From an uncultured Enterobacteriaceae bacterium (GTDB lineage: Bacteria > Pseudomonadota > Gammaproteobacteria > Burkholderiales > UBA3065), in NCBI GenBank assembly GCA_964524005.1, contig CAZGBK010000005.1, positions 5,615 through 69,614 on the forward strand: a DNA stretch of 64,000 nucleotides, in the 5' to 3' direction. The notes under the pieces were generated by a model that saw only the letters and a list, made by a program, of their open reading frames with translations, was not told the origin of the DNA and did no database searches. Every line of letters begins with the position of its first letter. Within the stretch, counting starts at the first letter, position 1. This document shows positions 63,867 through 64,000 of the stretch, in pieces. The position numbers and the translations under genes were made by a program.

Positions 63867-64000
63867 GCTGCAATCTCCCTTTGCGGCCAGTTGGAAAATG
63901 GCGTGTGCCATGTGACCCAGACCTCTGGGCCCCCTGCCATCTCGGTGTTTGTCAACAGGCAGGCATCGAATCGTGCTCGCAGTGCAGCCTCATCCATGTC
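63863..64000 (-). CDS. 3' end of a ZigA/YciC-like COG0523 metallochaperone (partial)
   Basis: [38 protein letters not shown]..stop; TGA overlaps the next ATG (ATGA). Confidence 0.7.
   Translation of the reverse strand, partial: DMDEAALRARFDACLLTNTEMAGGPEVWVTWHTPFSNWPQREIAA

Overview
High-GC chromosomal segment, probably betaproteobacterial (inferred from gene content and order). It is mostly housekeeping: proC end-yggT, rph-proA-nadD-rsfS-rlmH-maf-rng, bioA-dacB, lgt, split pntA/pntB, dps, typA, PHP-yciO-S2P-trpS-scpAB-rluB, prmB, uup, ratA-rnfH-yicC, smpB, dac-dat-ybeD-lipB, mfd, bfd-bfr. Accessory modules are interspersed: mtnA plus class II aldolase (DHAP-shunt-like), a czcCBA-PII efflux unit followed by an AspH-family dioxygenase and a DUF4399 protein, a PAS-PAS-GAF diguanylate cyclase, a CPA2-CPA2-TMEM165 operon, and a right-end block (photolyase, DUF2878, lipocalin, ColRS-like two-component system, OM beta-barrel, truncated COG0523). 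The best signals lie outside the ORF track: (1) an orphan 23-aa pqqA; (2) a c-di-GMP-I riboswitch with a readable translational OFF platform, preceded by a second unidentified multi-stem RNA element, upstream of an unusual beta-barrel-anchored subtilase; (3) a candidate ~117-nt sRNA with its own promoter and terminator; (4) matching TTCAC-N6 repeat arrays suggesting a local two-component mini-regulon. No rRNA, tRNA, tmRNA, CRISPR array or intact transposase/integrase was seen. All calls come from reading the sequence by eye; no searches or folding programs were run.
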